A stretch of 64,000 nucleotides of DNA from the human T2T-CHM13v2.0 reference genome, Homo sapiens. How positions within the stretch are numbered: position 1 is the stretch's first letter; each line of letters begins with the position of its first letter. Position numbers and translations under genes: made by a program. Location: NCBI RefSeq assembly GCF_009914755.1, contig NC_060929.1; one strand, given 5' to 3'. The notes under the pieces were generated by a model. That model saw nothing but the letters and a program-made list of their open reading frames with translations. It searched no databases and was not told where the DNA came from. Shown here piece by piece: positions 26,491 through 40,460 of the stretch.

Positions 26491-26762
26491 TTTTTTTTTT
26501 TTAATTATATAGTCGTCCTTTAATAAATTCTACCTTTTGAACACTTTTATCACTTTGTGATATTCATATATTAATACATTAATATATGTAAGCCACAATC
26601 AGAGGGGAGAATCTAAGCATTTAGTCTACCAGGTAATGATGAAAAGAGGATGTGTATGATTAATTCATTTGAAATATTATGGACGTCAATAAACAATGGA
26701 AATGGTAAGCATCTGGGATAAAAGTGGGCCTGGCCAGGGATGTCTGGTGATATCTTAAGCGC
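26491..26762 (-). other. Putative L1 3'-transduced segment (260 bp) plus second poly(A)
   Basis: Non-L1 sequence 26503-26762 lies between T15 (26763-26777) and T12 (26491-26502); minus-strand ATTAAA at 26519-26524 is 16 nt before the second tail. Confidence 0.7.
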
Positions 26763-29727
<2,965 letters not shown>

Positions 29728-30109
29728 AACTGCTGCACCTCACCATTCCTTGGGTTTCTGGCTTAGGCCACTGAGGGAATGAGGGCATTTTTCTTTCATG
29801 CTGGTCATATAGAGGAGTCAGAGCGGGAGAGGTTGACCCAGTCTTATAGTCCCATATGAGGAATGGCAGTATTTTAGGCTCCAGGCTCCAGATAAGTTGC
29901 TGGAATGTCTATGGAGATACTAGAAATGGCTAAGAATGGTTTTGAAAGAGCTCTCAGTAGCTTTGCAGCTTTGCTTTCCTTTTCTGGTGCAATGAGAAAG
30001 ATTGGGAGTCAAATCCAGCTTCTAGTTTAGTCCCTGTGTTACCAGCTATCTGATCCTAGGTAAGTCACTTTAAGTTCCTGGGCTTGCCCCTTTTCCTTTC
30101 TCATAATGC

Positions 30110-30272
30110 AGTTCCTGGTCTAGTCTTGACGTGCATTTGTTCAAACACAGATTTCTGGCCCCCATGCCCAAAGTTGTGATTCAGTAGGCCTGATGTGGAG
30201 CCTGAGAATTTGCATTTCTAATAAGTTTCTAGGAGATGCTAATGCTGCCGGACTGGGGACCGCACTGTCCTA
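30110..30272. mobile_element. MER5A-like
   Basis: 'acacagatttctggccccc...gattcagtaggcctgatgtggagcctgagaatttgcatttctaataagtttctaggagatgctaatgctgc'. Confidence 0.8.
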
Positions 30273-31984
30273 GGTGCTCTTTCTGTTCCTTTTGAGCAAG
30301 TGAGCTCCATTCCAGTGGGCAGAGACAAAGCAGGCAAATGCACACACCAGTATTAATACCAGAGGGCATTCAGTCCAAGGCAGACAGCATAAATCAAGCA
30401 AAATGGGTGGCACTTTGAAATGACAACAGGGTAGAATTCATCCTGCCCTTCCATTCTCTTCTACTCTTTTTTAATCCTATGCCCACCACCAGTAAGACCA
30501 AGGCCAACTCCAGCCCCCCCCAGTAACTTGTTTCCCTTTGTGGGTTTCAGGATAGATGGGTCCATGGAGGAGTCCTATATACCAACTGTGGTCAGGGCCA
30601 AGACACCTGCCCCAAACAGTTGATGGACTGAAGATACCCAAGAGAGGCACAAACTCCCCATGTCACAGGAGTCTACCAGTTTGAGAGACAAAACTTCTAC
30701 TAAAGTAGCCTACAGGGCTGCCCTTTACCCTAGGCAGCAGAAGCCTATGGTCTGAGTATTGCCTTTGGGTGAGGAGAAGAAAAGCTTCTCTCTCTTGCTA
30801 CCCCACAGATCACCCATGTTGGCCTCCTTGGCCTTCAGGGGCATATAAGGGAATTTTTTTTTCTTGACCACACTCTAGGCATGAGCAGCATCAGGCCTCC
30901 CTGTGACCCTGTGCCAGAAATCTGATGAAGAAATTCCAGGGAGACAAATGGAGATTACATGGAAATCAATCATGCACAGCTGGTGTTTTCTGCAGGCAAC
31001 TGTTCAATTTTATTTCCTTTTCATTTTTCTCCCCGTTCCCGGGGATCAACTCCTTTAAGAGCTTGACACCAGCTAGACTTGTGCGATTAAGTGGTAAACT
31101 TAAACTGGCTGCTGCAGCCCCCTATGTGTTTCTGTGGAACTGGGAGATTGTTCAGGGCAACTGATAAGTCAGTCCTTTGGACCACTGATGGCATGGAAAC
31201 TATTTAAAGGCATTTTGGTCTTTCTTTCTTGGAGTCTTACTTCCAATTGTCTAGGTGGGCTTTTAAATTATTTTTCGATAAAGCCCATGCATCATTTTGG
31301 CTGCTTCAGCTGCAAGTGATGGAAGACCCAGCTCATTTAAATGATATGGAGATTCATTATTTCATTTATCAAGAACCCTGGCACAAGGGGGACTATGGGG
31401 TTAATTCATTCAGTGGCTCAGCAGCATAATCTGAAATTCATATTCCTGCCACTTCTCTGTACTTAAATGTACATGTACAGCATGTACTCCCCAGGTTAAA
31501 GTTTCTCATCGCCCCAAGATGGCTGGTGCAGTTCCAGACATCACACATAGACACTGAAACCTCCAGGATGGATCACTGGACAAAATCAGAGTTCTGTTAG
31601 GAAGGAGGAGGGGGTTAGAGTGAGAAATAACCACCAGAGTCGCTCAATCTAGGTGTCAATCCTTGTTGAGAAACATTTACCCATTCTCTGCTGCTTAAAA
31701 GATTACAAACATCTTGTCCTGACATCATTTGACTTCCACAGTATGCCCTGACTTCTTAGTTTTTATTTTCTCCCATATCCTCTGCATATAGCCATTGCAC
31801 AGCCAAACAGGAATATCTGCTATTGCCAGAATTTGCCACACGTCTGGTTTCTACTTTCTTGCCTTGCTTAGGCTGTGCCCTGTATCTGGAATATACTCTG
31901 TTCATGATCCCTGTCTCAACACAAACATGTCCAGGGACCGGGATAAAAGCAGAGACTTTCTATTCTCCCTCTTGTCCCTATCTT

Positions 31985-34900
31985 TTTTAGACAATCTTTT
32001 TATTGCAAAATAAAATACAAGATACAGAAAGCTAAACAAAACTGTGAACGTAATGAATTGTTATAAGGTGAACCCCTTTGGAGCCACTACCGGCTAAAAA
32101 GTGGAACATTGCCATTCCCTCCAGAAACCCCTTCTTGTGCCCCTTCTGATCACAGCCCCCTCTTTCCCCTTAATAGTAACGTTACTTTTATACCAGTCAC
32201 TCTTTTCATTTTAAAAATGGACTTATCACCCGAATGTGTACCCATATTAGTTTAGCCTTATCCATTTTTAAGTGTGATGTTTTTAAAGTCTCAATCTACA
32301 GGTTTCCCCTTCATTTTTTCTTTTCCTTGCAATTTATCTGTTGAACAACACAGACCTGTCAGATTTTCCACAGTCTGGATTTTGCTGATTTTACTCTCGT
32401 AGTTCAAGTTAACATATTCCTCAGTTTTCTTTACTTTTTGCAAATTGGCAGCTGGATCCAGAGACTTGGTCAGACTGGCATTGACCCCTCTGGCAAGAAT
32501 TAGGGGATGCCATGTTTCTACACCAGGAGGCACATTACATCTTCTGGTATTCTATCATTTCTTTTTCATTTATTCAGTGGGAATCTCTTCAAATTGGACC
32601 CTGAGTCCTTGTGACATGACCTCAGTAGTCTTTGATGACTGCCTTGCTCTCTGCTGCATTAAGATATTCCAGATCCATCTGGCACATTCCCTACACCAGA
32701 CCTGGAATTCATCATTTCTCTAAGAAACTGCTTGGTTTCTTTTAGAGGGAAATGGTATTTTAAGACCACAAATTGGGCATTAGGAATGCTCTTTGCTACT
32801 GGGCTTGTTTCTTGCCTTGAGATTGGACAGGGGGAGGAGATTATAAATATGTTTATAGTTGTATTTTATTTACATTTAAAGAGAAAATACCCTGTGAGTT
32901 CATAAATATATATTTAAATTAAAGACTGTTGAATTTTTTCTCTATTATATTTCTGTAGCTCCTTTCTTTATAGCAAGAGCCCTGGTTTTCAAGGATACAG
33001 GAGGTAGTAGAATTAGATTCTTGTCTTACCCATGTTATACACACAACAATATCAGAATAGCAATACTAATGCTACCACTGATATGATTATGGAAAACACT
33101 AAACAGTATTTTTTGCATATGCTCTCCCATTTCCCCCATTGTTTCTATAGTTGTCCTGTATCTATGTTATACCACTGTCTCCCTCTTAACTTCCACTTAG
33201 TTCTACAGGTGAGTATATAGGTGAGTATATAGTTAATATTCACCATCAGTTTGTATGTTGATGTTTCTCCAATCAGTTTGCTTGCCTGAAGCTCTACCTC
33301 TAGTAGATTCCTTACGGAGCACTAGTGGGAACAATATTTTCTGAGTACTTAGATATTGATAACAGTTTTGCCCTTTATACTTGAAAGTCGGTTTTGCTGG
33401 ATATAAAATTTGTTGTTCACTTTTTCTTTCCTTGCGTATCTTGTTGTTCTAGTTTCTTCTGGCATTAAGATGTTTACTACCATTACACTATCTGGTGATA
33501 ATCTATTTTTTTTTCCTTTATAAGTCCCTTGCTCTTTTTTTCTAGATATCTAAAAGGATGTTCCCTCCTTTTCTCCTTCATTCCTTCCTTCCTCTTTTTC
33601 AGTACATTAATGCCTTAGTGTTGGTTGTCCTGAGCTGACATTCTTAAGTTATGTCCTGGGCTCTTTCAGTTTGTGCTTTCAAATCTTCTTTTCCCTTAAA
33701 TTTCAGGAAATTTTTATTGAATTTTAGTTTTTCGTATTTTTTCCTTATTACCTTGTTTTGGTTTTCTTATTCAGGGGCTCATCTTATCTGTATGTTAGAT
33801 CTTCATTACCTGTCTTTGGTATTTCTCTGTAGTCACTTTCTCTTGAGTCTTTACCTCTTTTTTTCCCCATTTCATCTTGATTTAAAATTTTTATCTGCTT
33901 TCACTTATTTGGGGCATTAACTGTTTTTTGTTTGTTTGGTTGGTTGGTTTTTTAGTGGTTTTTTTTTTTTTTTTTTTAGTTTAGTCTTCATTTGTGAAAT
34001 GGTTTTTTTTCTTTTATTTCTAGTTCTTTGCTGAATTTGTTGCCTCATTTCTGAGTCTAATTTTAACTTACGTCGTATACCTTAGAGCATTTTCTTAATG
34101 TCTTTTAACTAATTTTGAAAACATAGGTTGCAGTTTGATCTGTTTTGTGACCATGTCTTTCAGGCATGCTTTCATTGTCTATAGAAAGTCCTTTGTAGGG
34201 ACATGGATGAAGCTGGAAACCATCATTCTCAGCAAACTATCGCAAGGACAAAAAACCAAACACCGCATATTCTCACTCATAGGTGGGAATTGAACAATGA
34301 GAACACTTGGACACAGGAAGGGGAACATCACACACCGGGGACTGTTGTGGGGTGGGGGGAGGGGGGAGGGATAGCATTAGGAGATATACCTAATGCTAAA
34401 TGATGAGTTAATGGGTGCAGCACACCAACATGGCATATGTAACAAACCTGCACGTTGTGCACATGTACTCTAAAACTTAAAGTATAATAATAATTAAAAA
34501 AAGAAAATATTCTGCTTTGTATTTTTTTAAAAAATAACAATTTAGTATGGGATTTGACATCAGTACTTTTAAGTTATCCATATTTTGGTGAAATTAGTTG
34601 TCTTGAACTTTCAGAAGAAGGTGGGATTCAGGAAAGCTTTTCTAACTTCATAAAGCCTCCTCTTTTTTTTTTTTTTTTTTTTTTTTGGTGTGGTATTAAA
34701 AAACATGGTGGCTTGCTTTCTTAGATTTCCTGGCTGTGTTTCTCTCTCCTACTTTTATCTGAAATTCCTCTTTCCTTTGTCTCCATTGTTCCTATCCTGC
34801 TCAGTTTGGACTTACCTCTTTGCAGATCTACCTCAGTGCAGGTCTTGATCCGCCCTAGAAGATCAGCTTTAAGAGTTCATAGGAGTGAGGTGGCCCCGTC

Positions 34901-35300
34901 CCCTTCAGACCTGCTCACTGTGGACCTTCTACACTCACCCATTACTGCATTGGGCAGAAATCCTCCCAGTTTTGACTGCAGTTCTTACCTTAGCCCATAG
35001 TGCTCTCCCAGAGAATGTTGGCTGTTTTTTTGTTATGCTCTCAGGACCAGCAGCCACTGTTTCCATTGCTTCCTATTTCCTCCCACACAGGTGCTGGTAA
35101 CATGGAAGCCTCATGGTTAGTAGTGGTTTGCTCTCACCCACTTGTATAGGGTTCATAGGGATGCCTTGTTAGCAAATTTGGTTGTATATGTTGTTTTATG
35201 GATTTTTCTATGTTTGCTTTGTGTGTGTTTCTGTGGGGATTCAGAGATACTGAAGAACTTTGTTGCTTCTATGGCCATCTTATTCTTCATCCCTTTGATT
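31985..35300 (-). mobile_element. Long degraded L1M (L1MC/L1ME) region
   Basis: T-rich antisense L1M motifs such as 'aaattggcagctggatccagagacttggtcagact' and 'ttgaaagtcggttttgctggatataaaatt'; interrupted by L1PA at 34188. Confidence 0.6.
34188..34502 (+). mobile_element. 5'-truncated L1PA (PA2/PA3-like) 3' end
   Basis: 'gtcctttgtagggacatggatgaagctggaaacc...caccgcatattctcactcataggtggg...taatgctaaatg...cttaaagtataataat'; possible short TSD AGAAA (34183-34187 / 34502-34506). Confidence 0.95.
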
Positions 35301-35694
35301 CTTCCAGTGCCTCTTACATATATAGTAGATGCTCATAAATATTGAGATCACACTGAAGAATCATTCCTGTTGGCAAAGAAATGTTTACTAAGAGATGTTT
35401 TGTTTTTTGCAGCCCTTTTGGTCCCAGAATTCCCACAGAGGTGTTTCTTTTCTTTATTTCTTTTCTTTTTTTTTTTTTTCTGTCTCCAGGTAACTTTTAT
35501 TAGTAATGAATTCCTGAAAGAGGGATAACATCAAATCAGGAATTTTTTACTGGCATCAATACCTCTTTGAAAAAAGTCTGTAGCCCCAGGAAGGCAAGCA
35601 TACTTTTATGCCGAGTGGTAATTCTGATCAATTGATAATGACTTTCTGAAGCATTGTATTAAGAAGATGTCTAAGGCCACATTACAGCTTGCTG

Positions 35695-36200
35695 GGTATA
35701 TAAATTAGCATATTTTTGGCTGCAAGTAACAGAAAACTCTATTCAAAATGACCAAAACAATAAGTGCATTGAATATATTAAGACAACAAGAAGTTCAGGG
35801 GCAGGTAATTTAGCAGCTCAATAATGTCATCAGGGACCTGGTTCTTCCTATCTTTCTTTGCTATCATCCTCTGCATGTCTGCTTTTTTCCTTCAGAGATG
35901 TAAGATTCCTGTAGGAGCTCCTCCCAGAAGCAGAGAAGGGCATCGTTGTTGTTGTTTTTAGAGACAAGGTCTCACTATGTAGCCCAGGTTGGTCAACTCC
36001 TGGGCTCAAGCAGTCTTCCTACCTCAGACTCTCAAAGTGCTGGGATACAGGCATGAGTCACCATGCCCAGCCCCTTTATTACCTTCTAATCAGTGAGAAA
36101 ATCCTTTCCCTAACTCCTGTCTCTAACCCCGAACAGACTCCCTCAATTGGCCCTATCCTTGAACTAATCTCTAATAATTAGGAAAATGGGACCACCAGGA
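35695..36200 (-). mobile_element. Old MaLR (MLT1-type) LTR, interrupted by a FLAM
   Basis: 'tttttggctgcaagtaacagaaaac...cagctcaataatgtcatcagggacc'. Confidence 0.55.
35946..36072 (-). mobile_element. FLAM / AluJ left monomer
   Basis: 'agagacaaggtctcactatgtagcccagg...ctcaaagtgctgggatacaggcatgagtcaccatgcccagcc'. Confidence 0.88.
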
Positions 36201-36782
36201 TTGGTGCAGACTCATCAAGATATATCCCTCAATTATGTGAGGGAAATCTGGTACGTATGTGAAAGTCAGGGCCCTGCTGGCATGGCAAAAGGAGGAAATG
36301 GCTCTTGGATAAGCAATTGCAGTGCCAGGTATAATGAGAAAGAGTGTCGTGATTGATAAACTACATCTGCCACAAGCATAGGACAGAGATGTGATATCAT
36401 GAGGTCATGTATTGGTTGCACCTGATAGAACTTTTTATAGGTTAAAAAAATGTTTTCACAGACATTATCTCTACTGTTGGTCAACACTCCTTGACCTAAG
36501 CAGCTCAATGGTTATACTCCTTATTTTATAGTAGGGTCACTGAGACCCAGAGGGGCATATTGATTTGTACAAGGTCACAGAGCAAGAAAATGATAAAGCA
36601 GGGTTTCCTCCCTCCAGGTCTAGTATGTCTTCCACTTTCCCACACTTTCCCACGCTAGTGGCTGGCTGGAAACCAAGTTTTTCTCTCAAGGAGTAGGCAA
36701 AGGGCACTAAAATGGGAGCTGGGAGGTTACTAAGGGGTAGGCCTTGTCAGTATCACAAAACCTAACCTTACCCTGCAGGAAG

Positions 36783-36858
36783 CCTCCCTTCCCTCCCCTC
36801 CCCTCCCCTCCCCTCTCCTCCTCTCCCCTGCCTTCCCTTCTTCCTCTCTCTCTTCTTC
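36783..36858. repeat. Polypyrimidine (CCCTC)n-type low-complexity tract
   Basis: Directly visible. Confidence 0.9.
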
Positions 36859-37937
36859 TAAATAACAGTCTTATTGAGATATGATTCACATTTCAGTGTT
36901 TTTTAGTTTATCATAGACTTGTGCATCCATTACCAGTGAAGTATAACTCTCTTAAGTAACCATATAACTGCCTCTAGAGTGGGGAGGCTGACAGAGGAGA
37001 AGCCTGGTTATGGCTCCCTGAGCTCCCAGATCTTCCTTCTCAAGGTAGACAAAAACAGATCCTTACAGGGCTTTGGGTATGCCACTTGAATGAGTGACAC
37101 TGCCTATTTAAGAGACTGGAAGGTGGATGAGTTGGAGAACATGCCCACCATCCCCGGGGTCATCTCTGCCAACTTAGCTCCTGCCAACTGCTGTCATGCA
37201 GGAATACAGGGCTTGGCTTGCCAGGGCTTCTGGTTTTTTGACAGAAACTGGACATTTGGATTTTTTAAGAGAACTTTCTGGATTTTTAAACAGAGGCTGT
37301 TTTTTTTTTTTTTTTAATATTGTGTGTGGTCCCTTATAGATGGATGACCTTAGACCTGCAGTTTGAGACTTTTTTTCATTATTTGATTTCTCTCATTCAG
37401 TTTCATCTGTTTTCATTCATTTCACTCATTCATTTATTATTTCATATCACTAGGGAGTGGAATTTTTTAGGTGTGTCACAGGAGCCAGCTTTTAAAAACC
37501 TAATACTGGATAATTCCCCTGAAGATCCATAAGATGAATACAATTGTGTTCTTCAATATTAGGAGTAGGCAATTCTATAAAAGAGAGAGGGCTTGTGATG
37601 AAGATATAGTCAAATGTTTGGTTCACATATTCTTCAAACACTGTCACAGTGTTTGGGTGAGATGGTTTGATTTTCCCCCTTGTTCCAGAGTCAATGGCCG
37701 ATGTTTTTGATGTTAATCCTTCTATACAGGCTTCAACAGATGTCTCCCCAAATTCAGATGCTCTCCCAACAGTGCATGCACACCCCATCTCCTCCCATCT
37801 TATCATGTACCCCAGCAAAGAAAAGAAAGGATTCTTTTGATTGGGCAGTGCTTAGCTGTTTCATCCATTAACTCTTTGGTTTTCATACCAAACCTGTGAA
37901 GTTGTCACCTTTATTTTCAAGGTGTAGAAACAGGCTC

Positions 37938-38086
37938 GGCCAGGCATTACAGGTGGCTCATTCCTGTAATCCCAGGATTTTAGGAGGCCAAGGTGGGAGG
38001 ATTGCTTGAAGCCAGGAGTTTGAGACCAGTTGGGGCACCATAGCAAGACCCCGTCTCCAAAAAAATAAAAAATAAATGAAAATAAA
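37938..38086 (+). mobile_element. FLAM / AluJ left monomer
   Basis: 'ggtggctcattcctgtaatcccagg...ggaggattgcttgaagccaggagtttgagacc...gaccccgtctcc' plus A-rich tail. Confidence 0.88.
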
Positions 38087-38202
38087 CTGAGACTCAGGTT
38101 AAGCAATTGCCCAAAGCTACTTATCTAGCCAGTTGCAAAGTCCAACTGAGACTCAGGTTTAGCAGTTCCCCAAAGCTACTTATCTAGCCAGTTGCAGAGT
38201 CC
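38085..38202 (+). repeat. 59-bp tandem duplication (2 units) of MIR-derived sequence
   Basis: Units 38085-38143 and 38144-38202 differ at 4 of 59 positions. Confidence 0.92.
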
Positions 38203-38481
38203 ATTTTGAAATTGGCTTGCTGACATTGAAACCAGTGTGCCTTTTACTCCTTTATACCTTCATGTCTTTGTGACTATACTTTCACCTGACCAAAGCTGCC
38301 TCACCCTGGATCTTAAAGTTGAGTTTTAGAGATTAGAAAAACCCACTTCATCTCTGCCTTCCTGTGTTTTCTATTTTTAAACGACATTTGTCTTAGGACT
38401 CTTTCAATTGCAAGTGACAGAAACTTGTCTCAAAGTGGCCTAAGTGGAAAAGGGAATTTATTGGCTTCTGTAACTGAAAAG

Positions 38482-38636
38482 ATGGCACGTGCCTATAATC
38501 CCAGCTACTGGGGAGGCTGAGGCAGGAGAATCAATCACTTGAACCAGGGAGTCAGAGGTTGCAGTGAGCCGAGATCGCACCACTGCACTCCAGCTTGGCA
38601 ACAGAGTGAGACTCCGTTTTAAAAAAAAAAAAAAGA
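38482..38636 (+). mobile_element. Alu right arm only (5'-truncated), after an MLT1-like LTR start at ~38389-38481
   Basis: 'tggcacgtgcctataatcccagctact...gagccgagatcgcaccactgcactccagc' plus poly(A). Confidence 0.88.
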
Positions 38637-39849
38637 GAAAAGGAAAGGGCAAGCTTTATTTTCCCATGCATGACTAATATATGTACAATATAGATTTCCT
38701 AGGGTCTTAACATAGCTTCCTGGTAAAGCAATGTTACATTTATCTGACATCATTAGGGAGTGAGGTTTTTCTTGATGAGTAGATTTTGCAGATATGTTTG
38801 TGCTATTAAGATTTAAATCTGTTTTTAAAAATCTTTCTTGAAACACTTCTTTGCACTACCAGAATACGCTGTTACAATACATAAATTAACATTTTCTGAG
38901 CCTTTTTGCATCATGCTTCTAGAAGTTAAGGTATATGTCAGCAGGTACAAAAATCTACAGAATAAATACGGCATTTCTTTTCAGGAGAAGAAGGAAGAAA
39001 GGAGTTAGGAAGGACTGTAATTTTTATATAAAAATAAACATGAGTATGTTATGAAATAGAGTGCAAAATTCTTAGGGATTTTTGAGATGAAGCCTGAATT
39101 GATTCAGGCTACTATCAATATGCCACCTTTCCCTCCTCTCCCATACCTTTCTCTATGTCCATGAGCCTTTAGAGAAAAGTAGACCCAGAATGTACTGAGA
39201 GCCTGTGTCTCCAAACTACAGTGCTTTTTTTCTTATTCAGTGTCTATTGTCTTGAGCAGTTCTCCATCACTGCTTATTCCTTACATTATGCTAGGGAATA
39301 ATTGGGCATTGCCGGGGAAACCAGATAGTCAAACTTTTTTAAATGAATAACATTAAAATCCACACACATATACCTAAATCAGTAGACTTGGCAAGACAAG
39401 AGTTCTGTCCTTTTTCTATAAAATAAGTTCAAGGCTGTGTGACTTGTCTAGTGAGGACTCACACTGGGAAGAGATTGGTGAAGTCTTTGGGATTCTGATC
39501 ACAGATAAATGGAGTATCCACTGGCCTGGTCACTGATTCTAGCCTGTGACCCTTGTCACTTACACGGATGTGGGCTTTCTATGCTTCTTGACACTAGTGC
39601 AGAATGGTCAGCCTGTTCATCACTGTAAATGATTCTTATTTCCTGCTCTTTGGACTTTTCCTCCAGGCAGGTGCAGGGTATTATGGTCTGGCTATTCATG
39701 ACTATTTGAAACTCATGGCTTTGATCATGAGGTTGAATTGCTTTTGGTCCCCACTGAGGCCTGCCTTTGCCATATTTAAAGGCCAATCCAAACAAAAGTC
39801 CAATTGTGTTTCTCATGAATGGTGATTAAAGTGTTTTTAGTTACAGAAA

Positions 39850-40460
39850 CTTTTTTAAAAAAAAACTCTTAATTTGAAATAATTTTAGATTTACAAAAAA
39901 AGTTGCAAAAATAATTCTTTGTACCCTTTACCCAGCTTCCCCTAATGTTAACATCCTACATAAGCATAGTTTAATTATCTAGACTATGAAATTATTGAAA
40001 CAATATTATTAACTTATATACCGATTTTATTTGAATATCAGCAGTTTTTCCCATTGATGCCTTTTTTTTTTCTTTTTCTTAAAACACATTCAACCCATTA
40101 CATTTAGTTCTGGGATCTCTTTAGTTTCCTTCAACCTATGACATCTCCTCAGTCTTTTGTTTTTCATGACGTTGGCACTTGGGAAAACAGTAGCCAATTA
40201 TTTTGCAGAATATCCCCCAGTTTGGCTTTGTCTGATGTTCTCTCATGATTAATTTGACACATTTAGGCAAGAATAACACAGAAGTGAGATGTTTACCTTC
40301 TCCTTGCATCATATCAGGGCATAGTCCTGACATCTTATTATGGGTGATATAACTTTGATCACTTAGTTAAGGTGATGTCTGCCAGCGTAAAGTTACCATT
40401 TTCCTCTTTGCAATTAATAGGTATCTTTTTCGGAGGTGCTTTGAGATTATATGAAAATCC
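39850..40460 (-). mobile_element. L1MB/L1MC/L1ME 3' UTR fragment
   Basis: 'ttgaaataattttagatttacaaaaaagttgcaaaaata...tacccagcttcccctaatgttaacat...tttgatcacttagttaaggtgatgtctgccag'. Confidence 0.8.

Noticed and set aside
38085-38202. Direct repeats as a CRISPR-like array
   Set aside because: Only two abutting units with no spacers, in a eukaryotic MIR-derived context.
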